From: a virus | DNA: 42,847 bases | Virus record (IMG/VR): IMGVR_UViG_3300022748_000008 | Direction: 5' to 3' (one strand) | Shown: in pieces, positions 1 through 7,016 of the stretch | How the letters are laid out: each line of letters starts with the position of its first letter | Position numbering within the stretch: the stretch's first letter is position 1 | The notes under the pieces: model-generated | Database searches by the model: none | What the model saw: only the letters and a program-made list of their open reading frames with translations | What the model was told of the DNA's origin: nothing | Position numbers and translations under genes: made by a program

Positions 1-127
1 GCACCCGAAAGTTTTTGGCTTCTCATCGTGGTCGGTGGAATGGCTGTGGAAGCGGTCTACCATTCCTTGCAGAGCATCCAACAGCTCAGGCGCTGCGGCG
101 ATCAGGTTGACGTTGTTGGCACCAAAA
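1..127. repeat. Terminal direct repeat, copy 1 (identical to 42721..42847)
   Basis: Base-by-base comparison of 1-127 with 42721-42847 shows identity. A length of 127 is typical of a k-mer overlap on a circular assembly. Confidence 0.95.
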
Positions 128-240
128 CCCCAGACTGTCGCAAACCCAACCGAAGAATTTGGGTTGTCTGAAATATCAATGCAGGCCGCTTCGGGGTGCT
201 TGCGAATAAGCCACGGCCCCGGTGTGTGTTTCGTGGTCAT
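1..240 (-). CDS. Hypothetical protein, N-terminal 80 codons of a 115-aa ORF that crosses the contig junction
   Basis: The reverse strand from ATG at 240 reads MTTKHTPGPWLIRKHPEAACIDISDNPNSSVGFATVWGFGANNVNLIAAAPEL with no stop down to base 1. It is in frame with track ORF 42613..42801 once the duplicate is collapsed. Confidence 0.6.
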   Translation of the reverse strand, partial: MTTKHTPGPWLIRKHPEAACIDISDNPNSSVGFATVWGFGANNVNLIAAAPELLDALQGMVDRFHSHSTDHDEKPKTFGC

Positions 241-242
241 GC

Positions 243-398
243 TCAAGCCCTCCAAACAAACAAGTCGAGGGCGGTGACGATAAAGCCAGCGGCGCACACA
301 AGTGAAAATGCCCAAGCCTTGATCTTGGCGCGGCGCATTTCGCGCAAGCGGTTCTCGATGGTGGGGATGTAGTTTTGGCGGTGTTGACTGAATTGCAT
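243..398 (-). CDS. Small membrane protein (51 aa), below the ORF-track cutoff
   Basis: Hand translation gives MQFSQHRQNYIPTIENRLREMRRAKIKAWAFSLVCAAGFIVTALDLFVWRA. An AGGAG Shine-Dalgarno sequence lies about 8 nt upstream, there is a hydrophobic C-terminal helix, and the stop sits 2 nt before the next start at 240. Confidence 0.5.
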   Translation of the reverse strand: MQFSQHRQNYIPTIENRLREMRRAKIKAWAFSLVCAAGFIVTALDLFVWRA

Positions 399-432
399 TT
401 GTCGTTTCTCCTGTTGTCGTTGAGTGGCTTTA

Positions 433-452
433 CTATACCGCCAACGGAATAG
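433..452 (-). promoter_or_regulatory. Palindromic element S1: CTATACCG-N4-CGGAATAG, with a TATAGT -10-like hexamer on the minus strand (432-437)
   Basis: The same 20-bp inverted repeat occurs at 6490-6509, with a degenerate copy at 36748-36767. It is flanked by TTGTCGTT (414-421) and AACGACAA (455-462) inverted arms. Confidence 0.55.
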
Positions 453-522
453 AAAACGACAAAGGAGCCGAGAAATACCCTGAAAATATTTCTATCGGCC
501 CCTCGGTGGTGTTAGCTTTTAC

Positions 523-720
523 CTATTGCGGTGCTTCGGCTGGCTGTTCGCCTGAAACCCAACGATTCACAGCTTCGACGTTCACCCAAAGGTTGCCATC
601 GGGCGCGATCTTGGTGTGCACGCCGTCGATGAATTGCCCCTTGCGGCGCTTCGCGTGAACGGCATCGCTGGTGTCGCCGGTCTGCTCGCAGTAGTGCTTC
701 AATTTGACCCACTGGCTCAT
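523..720 (-). CDS. Excisionase-like DNA-binding protein (lambda Xis/DUF1233-like), 65 aa
   Basis: MSQWVKLKHYCEQTGDTSDAVHAKRRKGQFIDGVHTKIAPDGNLWVNVEAVNRW resembles the Xis winged-helix pattern. It has an ATGA overlap with dut. Confidence 0.55.
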   Translation of the reverse strand: MSQWVKLKHYCEQTGDTSDAVHAKRRKGQFIDGVHTKIAPDGNLWVNVEAVNRWVSGEQPAEAPQ

Positions 721-1166
721 TTGGCCTCTCCTTGTCCTGTTGAACCGAAACCTCCAGAGCCGCGCTCGGTGCTGCTCAGTTCGTCAACCTCAATGAATTC
801 CACGGCTGGAACCGGAACGATCATGGCCTGCGCAATGCGGTCGCCCTTGTTCACGATGAAATACCCCTGTTCGTCTTGCGTGAGCTTCACCATCACTTCG
901 CCGCGATAGTCGGCGTCGATCACGCCCACGCAGTTCGACAGCCTGACGCCATGCTTGAAGCCGTGACCGCTGCGCGAATAGATCATCATGGCGTAGCCTT
1001 CGGGAATTTCAACGGCTAGGCCCGTGCGAAGCGTGGTGACGCTTTGGGTGCTATCCAGCGCCGTTTCGCTGTCGAAAAGTGCGTGCAAGTCAAAGCATGC
1101 CGCGCCCTTGGTGGCGTAGCGCGGAATGATTGCGTCAGGGTGTAGTTTTTTGATACTTAGTTTCAT
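717..1166 (-). CDS. dut: dUTP diphosphatase
   Basis: Canonical dUTPase motifs are present: AACFDL, SRSG, GVIDADYRGE, GDRIAQ, RGSGGFGSTG. Confidence 0.95.
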   Translation of the reverse strand: MKLSIKKLHPDAIIPRYATKGAACFDLHALFDSETALDSTQSVTTLRTGLAVEIPEGYAMMIYSRSGHGFKHGVRLSNCVGVIDADYRGEVMVKLTQDEQGYFIVNKGDRIAQAMIVPVPAVEFIEVDELSSTERGSGGFGSTGQGEAK

Positions 1167-2035
1167 ATCTCCATCTCCCCGCCCAACACCTCAATAAGCC
1201 CATTCAAGAGGGGCTGCATTTCTCCAGCAATGATGGTCATGTCTGCATCAAAACCATCTTCGTGGCCTTCGCCGGATTGGTCTTCAAACACCACGTCAAG
1301 GAATTGCACTTTCTTGAGCGTCATCGCCTCGGTCAGCACAAACGATGTTCGGGCGTTGTAGGTCATCGCCAACTTGGTGGGCAACTTGCCGCTTTCTACG
1401 TGGGCCTTAACCTCGTCAATGTCCAGCGGGTGACGGCCATACTTAACCACGGCTTTGCTTTCATCAGCCGCCTTTAATTCGCACTCGCGGTCAATGCTGA
1501 AACCGTGGGGTGGCTCCTGTTCAATGAGCCAATTAGCCATAGAGGTTGCTGGCGATTTGTTGGTGTTGATAAGCGTAACCACAAGTCCGTCGAAAGCACG
1601 AACGAGCATAGTTATGGCGTCGTCCGCTTTGGATTGGTTAGATGCGTCTATCAACAAAAAGCCATCCTTGGTGAACATCACTGTGGTGGCTGTGCGCTTG
1701 GCAAATGCGTGCGGCAGGAGGGCAAGTTTCATGTCTTCCTTGATTTCCCGCATTTCTTTCTTGCTAGGCTTGCGGCCCTCGTTGTGATTGATTTCGCGGG
1801 CACGCTCCGCCGCTTTGCGCGTGAGCACATCAGTTGGGACGCTCTTTGTCTCCGTCAGGAGTTTCAGAATGGAGTTGCCGCCAATTACTTCGATAAGCTT
1901 TCCGTGTGCCTCGCGTGGCGGCACCCATCCCAACGATTTTTCTTGAGTTGATCCACAGGGCACGAATTCATCGAGGGTTGGCGATATGTCGTTGTCGGGC
2001 TTTTTAAAGCGGTAAATGATTATGTTCTTGAACAT
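1163..2035 (-). CDS. rdgC: Recombination-associated protein RdgC
   Basis: MFKNIIIYRF...FVPCGSTQEKSLGWVPP...LLPHAFAKRTATTVMF..GFLLIDASNQSKADD is collinear with E. coli RdgC. Confidence 0.85.
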   Translation of the reverse strand: MFKNIIIYRFKKPDNDISPTLDEFVPCGSTQEKSLGWVPPREAHGKLIEVIGGNSILKLLTETKSVPTDVLTRKAAERAREINHNEGRKPSKKEMREIKEDMKLALLPHAFAKRTATTVMFTKDGFLLIDASNQSKADDAITMLVRAFDGLVVTLINTNKSPATSMANWLIEQEPPHGFSIDRECELKAADESKAVVKYGRHPLDIDEVKAHVESGKLPTKLAMTYNARTSFVLTEAMTLKKVQFLDVVFEDQSGEGHEDGFDADMTIIAGEMQPLLNGLIEVLGGEMEI

Positions 2036-2065
2036 GGGTTTCTTTCGTTACTTCTTTGTGCTGCG

Positions 2066-2524
2066 TCAAAATGGAATGTCGTCGTCCATGTCGTCAAAGC
2101 CGCCCTTCGCGGGTGCTGGCTGACGCTGTGGTGTTGGTTGTTGCTGGCGCTGTGCGGGTGCTTGGCGCTCGCCATTTTCGGAGCCTTCACGCCCACCAAG
2201 CAACTGCAGCTCAGTCGCAATGATTTCGACGGTGTTCTTTTCCACGCCCGTGGTCTTGTCGGTGTAGACGCCATATTTCAAGCGGCCCTCGACGTAGATC
2301 GGCTTTCCCTTCTTGACGTACTCGCCCGCGATTTCAGCCAATCGCTCGTAGAAGGTGACGCGGTGCCATTGGGTGTCCTCGATGACTTCGCCGGTTTCAC
2401 GGTCTTTGCGGCGGCTTGATGTGGCAATGCTGATGTTTGCCACGGCCTTGCCAGAGGCCATGTAACGCAACTCAGGGTCGCGCCCGCAGTTGCCTACCAA
2501 GATGACTTTGTTTACTGATGCCAT
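2066..2524 (-). CDS. ssb: Single-stranded DNA-binding protein
   Basis: MASVNKVILVGNCGRDPELRY...WHRVTFYERLAEIAGEYVKKG, a Gly/Gln/Pro-rich linker and the acidic tail DDDIPF. The start was moved to ATG at 2524. Confidence 0.93.
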   Translation of the reverse strand: MASVNKVILVGNCGRDPELRYMASGKAVANISIATSSRRKDRETGEVIEDTQWHRVTFYERLAEIAGEYVKKGKPIYVEGRLKYGVYTDKTTGVEKNTVEIIATELQLLGGREGSENGERQAPAQRQQQPTPQRQPAPAKGGFDDMDDDIPF

Positions 2525-2534
2525 TGCTTGCCCC

Positions 2535-2732
2535 TTAGTTGGAAACACGAGCTAGAACACGCTCAAGTTGTGGCTTCGACAGACTGCCAAGCATTCGATC
2601 AACGCTTTGGTGGCGAGGCATCCGGTGGAAGGCATCGCCTCCCAATACGGCATTAATGGCGTTCGTCACCAAGATTGGATTTGCGCGTGTTTCCCGCTTG
2701 ATTGCGCGAACGGGTCGAATGGTGATGGTCAT
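2535..2732 (-). CDS. Hypothetical protein (65 aa)
   Basis: An internal ATG is preceded by a purine-rich SD (AAGAAAGAGAGAAAG). The upstream part of the track ORF overlaps the neighbouring gene. Confidence 0.5.
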   Translation of the reverse strand: MTITIRPVRAIKRETRANPILVTNAINAVLGGDAFHRMPRHQSVDRMLGSLSKPQLERVLARVSN

Positions 2733-2748
2733 AAGCTTTCTCTCTTTC

Positions 2749-2946
2749 TTAGTTATCGAACATGTCGATGGTTTTTGGGTCACGGTTTTGATTTGAATAG
2801 CGGCCCATGAATCGTAGGCGGCTACCCTTTGTAATCTTGGTAACGAGCAACCCTGCACGCTTGGCGCACTTTGGGCCAATGGCCTCGTTTCCAATGTAGA
2901 CGGCTGGCATGGTCTTGCGACCACACAGCGCACAGATTGTCCTCAT
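2749..2946 (-). CDS. Hypothetical Cys-containing protein (65 aa)
   Basis: MRTICALCGRKT...GPKCAKRAG. It has an ATGA overlap with the upstream gene stop at 2943. Confidence 0.5.
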   Translation of the reverse strand: MRTICALCGRKTMPAVYIGNEAIGPKCAKRAGLLVTKITKGSRLRFMGRYSNQNRDPKTIDMFDN

Positions 2947-3209
2947 GCTTGTAGCCTCTCCACGGTCACGCCGAGCGCGTCGAGTTCGTCCATCTTGCGC
3001 AGTGCCCATGCTCGTTTTTGACCGTGCCATCCCATAAACGGCCCTTGGTGGCACTCTTTGCAAAGCGCCACGCATGTGTAGGCTGATGATTGCTTGATGT
3101 GGTGCGCGTCGCTTGGTGGCGGTGCATCACATACACTGCAAGGCAGGTCTTTCACTTTGGCAATGTAATCACGCTCGGCTTGAGTTGTTTTTTTGTTTTT
3201 TGATTGCAT
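2943..3209 (-). CDS. Ref-like RecA-dependent HNH nuclease (PF16786-like)
   Basis: ERDYIAKVKDLPCSVCDAPPPSDAHHI....ALCKECHQG matches the pattern 'hL..Va.lgC.vC...vHHi...plC..HH' of P1 Ref-family proteins. Confidence 0.6.
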   Translation of the reverse strand: MQSKNKKTTQAERDYIAKVKDLPCSVCDAPPPSDAHHIKQSSAYTCVALCKECHQGPFMGWHGQKRAWALRKMDELDALGVTVERLQA

Positions 3210-3215
3210 TGATCG

Positions 3216-3602
3216 CTAAACCTCAATTCCAAGACCAGCGCAGAAGGCCAGCGTGTACTCAATCAGGCTAGAGCCGCGCTTTTTGCTCATTAGCGCCGTG
3301 CTCTCTCTGATGTTGACAAACTCGCCTTCGATGCCGGGGACAATTTCTGCGTCTTCTTTAGTTGCTACTGCATGGCCTGAGACAAGCAAGACCTTCCACT
3401 GCGCCGCTGTGCGAGGCTTACCCGCCCACTCAGCTTTTGCCTTAGCAAGGTCGGTGCAGATCGCGTGAAACTTCGCATTTTGGTCAAGCGTGCGGGTTTT
3501 CTGGCTGATCGTGACCATGTAGTCATCGGGCGCAGTGCGCACGGCGTCCACGGCGTTTTGACGCGCCGCTTGATGCACCAGCATGAAAACCCGCTTCATC
3601 AT
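3216..3602 (-). CDS. ninB: NinB/Orf-family recombination mediator
   Basis: QAARQNAVDAV....VTISQKTRTLDQNAKFHAICTDLAK...WKVLLVSG...STALMSKKRGSSLIEYTLAF is collinear with lambda NinB. Confidence 0.85.
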   Translation of the reverse strand: MMKRVFMLVHQAARQNAVDAVRTAPDDYMVTISQKTRTLDQNAKFHAICTDLAKAKAEWAGKPRTAAQWKVLLVSGHAVATKEDAEIVPGIEGEFVNIRESTALMSKKRGSSLIEYTLAFCAGLGIEV

Positions 3603-3886
3603 GCCTCAGCGGTTTCTGCCGGAAACTTGGTGAAGGCCAGTTGCTTGATGTGCTGACCGAAGAACTTGCCAATCGACTCGCTGGCAATGAACGCGTCGTA
3701 GGTTTCCTTGGGCACGTTCGGGTAGTGGTAGATCGCGCCCGCGCCACGGGTAAAGGTGACGGCGAGCGTCTGTGTGGCCTCGTCGTAGCCGATGGCTTTG
3801 ACCTGCGAGGATTCGACAGGCTTGAGTTCAATGTGAGGGCGTGGCGCGTCGGTGTACGCTGCTGGCTCTATGTAGGTTTTGGTCAT
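3599..3886 (-). CDS. KTSC domain protein
   Basis: VESSQVKAIGYDEATQTLAVTFTRGAGAIYHYPNVPKETYDAFIASESIGKFFGQHIK matches the KTSC (PF13619) consensus. Confidence 0.8.
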   Translation of the reverse strand: MTKTYIEPAAYTDAPRPHIELKPVESSQVKAIGYDEATQTLAVTFTRGAGAIYHYPNVPKETYDAFIASESIGKFFGQHIKQLAFTKFPAETAEA

Positions 3887-3917
3887 GGTTTACTCCTGAG
3901 GGTGGTTGAAATTGTGG

Positions 3918-4694
3918 TTAGGCCGAACGGCTGGCGAGTTGCTTTTCTTCGTAGACGCGCACGCCGTCGATCTTCATTGTTTCGCGCATGGCCTTCGCCA
4001 TTTGGTTGAGCGCGGAGGTGTTCACATCGAGCAGGTTGAGGAATTGCGGGTTGGCGGCAACGAAGGCCACCAGCGCGGCTTTGTCGGTGCACTCGGCCTT
4101 CCACGCACTACGCATTGAAACGCCGGACACCTTGGCAACGGCTGGCGCTGCGACTGGCGCGGTCATCACTTGCGCGGTGGCGGCGAGGCTGGCGGCTTCA
4201 ATGGCTGCTTCGGCTTGCACCTCGGCGGCTTTCTCGGCGTCCCCTGCTTCGATCAGCTTGGCGGCTTCGGCTTGGGCTGCGGCTTCACGCTCGGCGGCTT
4301 CTTTGGCAATGCGGGCTTGCTCGGCGCGAATCGCGGCCTCTGCCTTGCGGCGTTGTTCGGCGGCGATGCGCTCTTGCTCCGTGGTGTAGCCGATCATCTT
4401 GCGTTTGATGATCGCCTCGGCTTGTTCAAGGTATGCGCCAGGTGCGCGAAACAGGTCGTTGACAGCTTTAAGCGCCTTGTTGATCGGGCCGGTGATGGCG
4501 GTGCGCTGTTCTTCAAGCGTCTTGGCCTTGGACTTGATCGCTTTCAGTTCGTCGGCTGCGAGGTCGTAGGTTTCCTGCGAATCGATGACCATCGACTCGA
4601 CCATTGCCAGCGCGGATTGTGCGCGGGTGTTGAGTTGGTTCGCGTCGGGCGCGGCGATTGTCGCCAGCGGCGCGAAGATGTTTTCTGTTGTCAC
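3918..4694 (-). CDS. Ala/Glu-rich coiled-coil protein of the recombination module (258 aa, function unknown)
   Basis: A GTG start overlaps the stop of the exonuclease gene (GTGA). It has a long AEAAK-type coiled coil. The longer track start at 4766 would overlap the exonuclease gene by 76 nt. Confidence 0.6.
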   Translation of the reverse strand: MTTENIFAPLATIAAPDANQLNTRAQSALAMVESMVIDSQETYDLAADELKAIKSKAKTLEEQRTAITGPINKALKAVNDLFRAPGAYLEQAEAIIKRKMIGYTTEQERIAAEQRRKAEAAIRAEQARIAKEAAEREAAAQAEAAKLIEAGDAEKAAEVQAEAAIEAASLAATAQVMTAPVAAPAVAKVSGVSMRSAWKAECTDKAALVAFVAANPQFLNLLDVNTSALNQMAKAMRETMKIDGVRVYEEKQLASRSA

Positions 4695-5257
4695 TTGTGT
4701 TGCTCCAAAAATGAGGTGATGGTGATGAGAGATACAAAAACGGGCCAATCTGTGCTGGCCTTCCATTCGATCAGGCGGTAGGTGCCGTCAGCGCGAAGCT
4801 GCACGGTGCCGCGCCGTGATTTTGGTTTGCCGCGTCCATTTGCATAGGCGGCGGTTTGGATGCCCCAAACGGGGTGTGATGCGGCGGCAGTCTTAATGTC
4901 CAGCGTCCACTCGTCGCCCTCCATGAGGCCTTCGCGGTCGAGCGTGCCAGCGTAGGCAAGCGCGGGGTGGTAGAACATCTGCTCAATCGCGCTCCATGCT
5001 GGTTTCTTCTCAGCCATGAACAGACGCCAGCCGTTGACGTAGCCTGCGATTGCAGGGTCTACGCTGTCCTCATCGAGAATGCCCTTGTCGAGGTATTCGC
5101 AGGCCAAATGCACGGCGGTACCGCGCTGTGATGCGGCCTCAAGCACATCGGTAGGCACGCCGTCGAAGTTGTGCAGGGTCTTGAGCAGGCCAGTCACACC
5201 CGGCACGCGCTTGCCGTGCCAATAGTAGGTGTGCGTGGCTTCGTCAAACGTCAGCAT
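4691..5257 (-). CDS. PD-(D/E)XK family exonuclease (RecB/Cas4-like fold)
   Basis: THTYYWHGKRVPGVTGLL, GTAVHLACE, AGTLD...WTLDIKT, QTAAY match motifs I-IV of phage PDDEXK_1 exonucleases. It is adjacent to recT. Confidence 0.75.
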   Translation of the reverse strand: MLTFDEATHTYYWHGKRVPGVTGLLKTLHNFDGVPTDVLEAASQRGTAVHLACEYLDKGILDEDSVDPAIAGYVNGWRLFMAEKKPAWSAIEQMFYHPALAYAGTLDREGLMEGDEWTLDIKTAAASHPVWGIQTAAYANGRGKPKSRRGTVQLRADGTYRLIEWKASTDWPVFVSLITITSFLEQHK

Positions 5258-5259
5258 GA

Positions 5260-6126
5260 TTACGCCGCCATCAAGTGAGCTTTGACGGTATCGAACTGCT
5301 CGGGCGTGATCGTATCGAGGGATTCAACGCCCTTTTCTTTGAGCACGGAATCAACCTCAAGGCCAAGCGCCTTGCACTTGTTCTCAATCCACTTGAGTTG
5401 GCCTGCGGCGACTGGCTTGGGTGCGGCATCGGTCTGGGTGGTCTGCTTTTGCTCAACCGTCTGCGCGGCTTCGGTCTTGGGCTTGGGCATAGCCACGCGG
5501 GGGGTCGCTTCGGCCTCGATGGTTTCGCCGTCGAACAATGCTTTGCCTTCCATTTCTTCTGCGGTGGCCTCTGCGCCGATTTCGGGGAATGCCATGCGCA
5601 AGGCTTGGGCTTGGGCGCACTTGGCAAGCTGACCGTAGGGGCGCTTCTTCCACATTGCGTTTGGCGCGGTGGTGTCCTTGCCTGCGGTGGCGTAGTTCTC
5701 TTTCCATCGCTCAACGGCGGTGAAGTCAGCGGTGACACCGTCAGGCAATCGGCGCTTGACTGTGACCTTGCACCACTGTGGGTAGGTGATTTCAACGCCG
5801 CCAACCTTCTCGGTCACGTCAGGGCCAAAAATCGGCTCATCGATGCCGCCGTACGCGTTGGAGCGTGCAGCCTGAGTGCGGTAAAGGCCAATACCGGGCA
5901 TCACCACGTCGCGCATCGACTTGGTGTTCTTGTCCCACATGGGGACGATGTGCACGGGCTTTTGCATCGGGTCTAGGCCAGCGGCTTTGCAGTAGCCCAA
6001 GACCATTTTGATGCTCGTGACTTGAGCACCGGGATACAGACTGGTGGCTAAGACTTCAATAAGCTCGGCTTCGCTCATCTGCAGCGCGGGCAGCATTGTC
6101 GTTTCCTGTGTAGTGATTGCGTTCAA
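5260..6126 (-). CDS. recT: RecT/Bet-family single-strand annealing protein
   Basis: ELIEVLATSLYPGAQVTSIKMVLGYCKAAGLDPMQKPVHIVPMWDK...KRPYGQLAKCAQAQALRMAFPE. A TTG start is preceded by AGGAGTAAACC. Confidence 0.9.
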   Translation of the reverse strand: MNAITTQETTMLPALQMSEAELIEVLATSLYPGAQVTSIKMVLGYCKAAGLDPMQKPVHIVPMWDKNTKSMRDVVMPGIGLYRTQAARSNAYGGIDEPIFGPDVTEKVGGVEITYPQWCKVTVKRRLPDGVTADFTAVERWKENYATAGKDTTAPNAMWKKRPYGQLAKCAQAQALRMAFPEIGAEATAEEMEGKALFDGETIEAEATPRVAMPKPKTEAAQTVEQKQTTQTDAAPKPVAAGQLKWIENKCKALGLEVDSVLKEKGVESLDTITPEQFDTVKAHLMAA

Positions 6127-6151
6127 GGTTTACTCCTGAGGTTGGTTGTGT

Positions 6152-6451
6152 TTATGCAAAGAGGGATTCGATTTCGTTGACCGCTGCAGCTTTGGCAATT
6201 GCTTGAGCAGCAAGGCGTGCGGCGCGTTCTTGGGCTTCTGCCAACATTTCGCGGGCTTCCTCAACGCTGATTTTTTCGACGCCGTTGTGAGGAACGAATT
6301 TGTAGAGTTGTGTGCCTGCTTGGTTTGTCAGGATGTAGGCATCAGGCATGTAGTCGCCGGGTGTTGCAACTGCAGCCTTCACGACCAATGAGAGGAAGCC
6401 AACTTTCACTGTTGCGCCGACTGTCCAGTTTTGTTTTGTCTTGGTGATCAT
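6152..6451 (-). CDS. Hypothetical protein (99 aa), first gene of the leftward recombination operon
   Basis: An internal ATG is preceded by CCTCAGGAGTAACAGC. The track N-terminal extension runs into the promoter/operator region. Confidence 0.6.
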   Translation of the reverse strand: MITKTKQNWTVGATVKVGFLSLVVKAAVATPGDYMPDAYILTNQAGTQLYKFVPHNGVEKISVEEAREMLAEAQERAARLAAQAIAKAAAVNEIESLFA

Positions 6452-6489
6452 GCTGTTACTCCTGAGGTGTTTCGTTGTCGATGGCTTAA

Positions 6490-6509
6490 CTATACCGCAA
6501 TCGGAATAG
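6490..6509 (-). promoter_or_regulatory. Palindromic element S2: CTATACCG-CAAT-CGGAATAG, with minus-strand TATAGT (6489-6494)
   Basis: It shares extended homology with S1 (GCTTWACTATACCGC..CGGAATAGA). The flanking arms GTTGTCG (6474-6480) and CGACAAC (6521-6527) are inverted. Confidence 0.55.
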
Positions 6510-6598
6510 AAGACAGCCAACGACAACAAATATATTTCTAATGGTTTGCGAAACGTCATAGGTTTTGGCTATTGGCTTTGATTGTCTGCGGTCTGCCG

Positions 6599-6627
6599 AC
6601 TATATCCAAAAATCAATACTTCGCCAA
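6599..6627 (-). promoter_or_regulatory. Candidate leftward early promoter (PL-like): -35 TTGGCG, 17-bp spacer, -10 TATAGT embedded in TTGGATATAG
   Basis: The minus strand reads TTGGCGaagtattgatttttggaTATAGT. The TGGATATA motif is shared with the rightward promoter at 7497-7504. Confidence 0.4.
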
Positions 6628-6658
6628 GCCAAAAATGGCTAAATGGAAACGATAGGCG

Positions 6659-6685
6659 AAAAAAAACCCGGCATCAGGCCGGGTT
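6659..6685 (-). terminator. Rho-independent terminator of the repressor operon
   Basis: The minus strand has stem AACCCGGC / GCCGGGTT with a 5-nt loop, followed by eight T. It lies 20 nt after the stop at 6705. Confidence 0.8.
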
Positions 6686-6704
6686 ATTGGTACGTGGAAA
6701 GGGC

Positions 6705-7016
6705 TTACTTGATGTTGATGACTTCTGCCAGCGGGTGTTTCGATTTAGCGCGGCTGGCGAAGGTGCGCAGCTTGGTCTTGATGCGCGTCAACACGGCATT
6801 GATGGGCAATACATGCTCAGGCTCGACATTGACTGCGCGTGACCTAATGTCGCCATCTTCCGTAACCATGACGCAAATGCACGCGACTCCCTGTCGGTTA
6901 GGTTGACAGTCGATTTCTCCTATGCAGCCCTCACGCACGATCATCTTGCGTTCATTGGTTGCCGCCCAACTTCCGGGCACGGCGTGGATTTGTATTACCT
7001 GCGTCTTTCTTTCCAT
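6705..7016 (-). CDS. Hypothetical protein (103 aa) immediately downstream of the repressor, the position lambda rexAB occupies relative to cI
   Basis: The ATG at 7016 is preceded by a GAGGAA SD. It overlaps the repressor ORF 3' end by 65 nt in another frame and ends just before the terminator. Confidence 0.5.
   Translation of the reverse strand: MERKTQVIQIHAVPGSWAATNERKMIVREGCIGEIDCQPNRQGVACICVMVTEDGDIRSRAVNVEPEHVLPINAVLTRIKTKLRTFASRAKSKHPLAEVINIK

Noticed and set aside
35-277. 80-aa plus-strand ORF at the left end
   Set aside because: It is antisense to the junction-spanning minus-strand ORF that fits the operon's ATGA coupling. It has no SD and a Ser/Ala/Arg-rich composition typical of off-frame GC-rich sequence.
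2535-3075. Long N-terminal extensions of track ORFs 2535..2933 and 2749..3075
   Set aside because: The extensions overlap neighbouring genes in other frames and are Arg/Pro/Ser-rich. Internal ATGs with SD or ATGA coupling give compact 65-aa products that tile without overlap.
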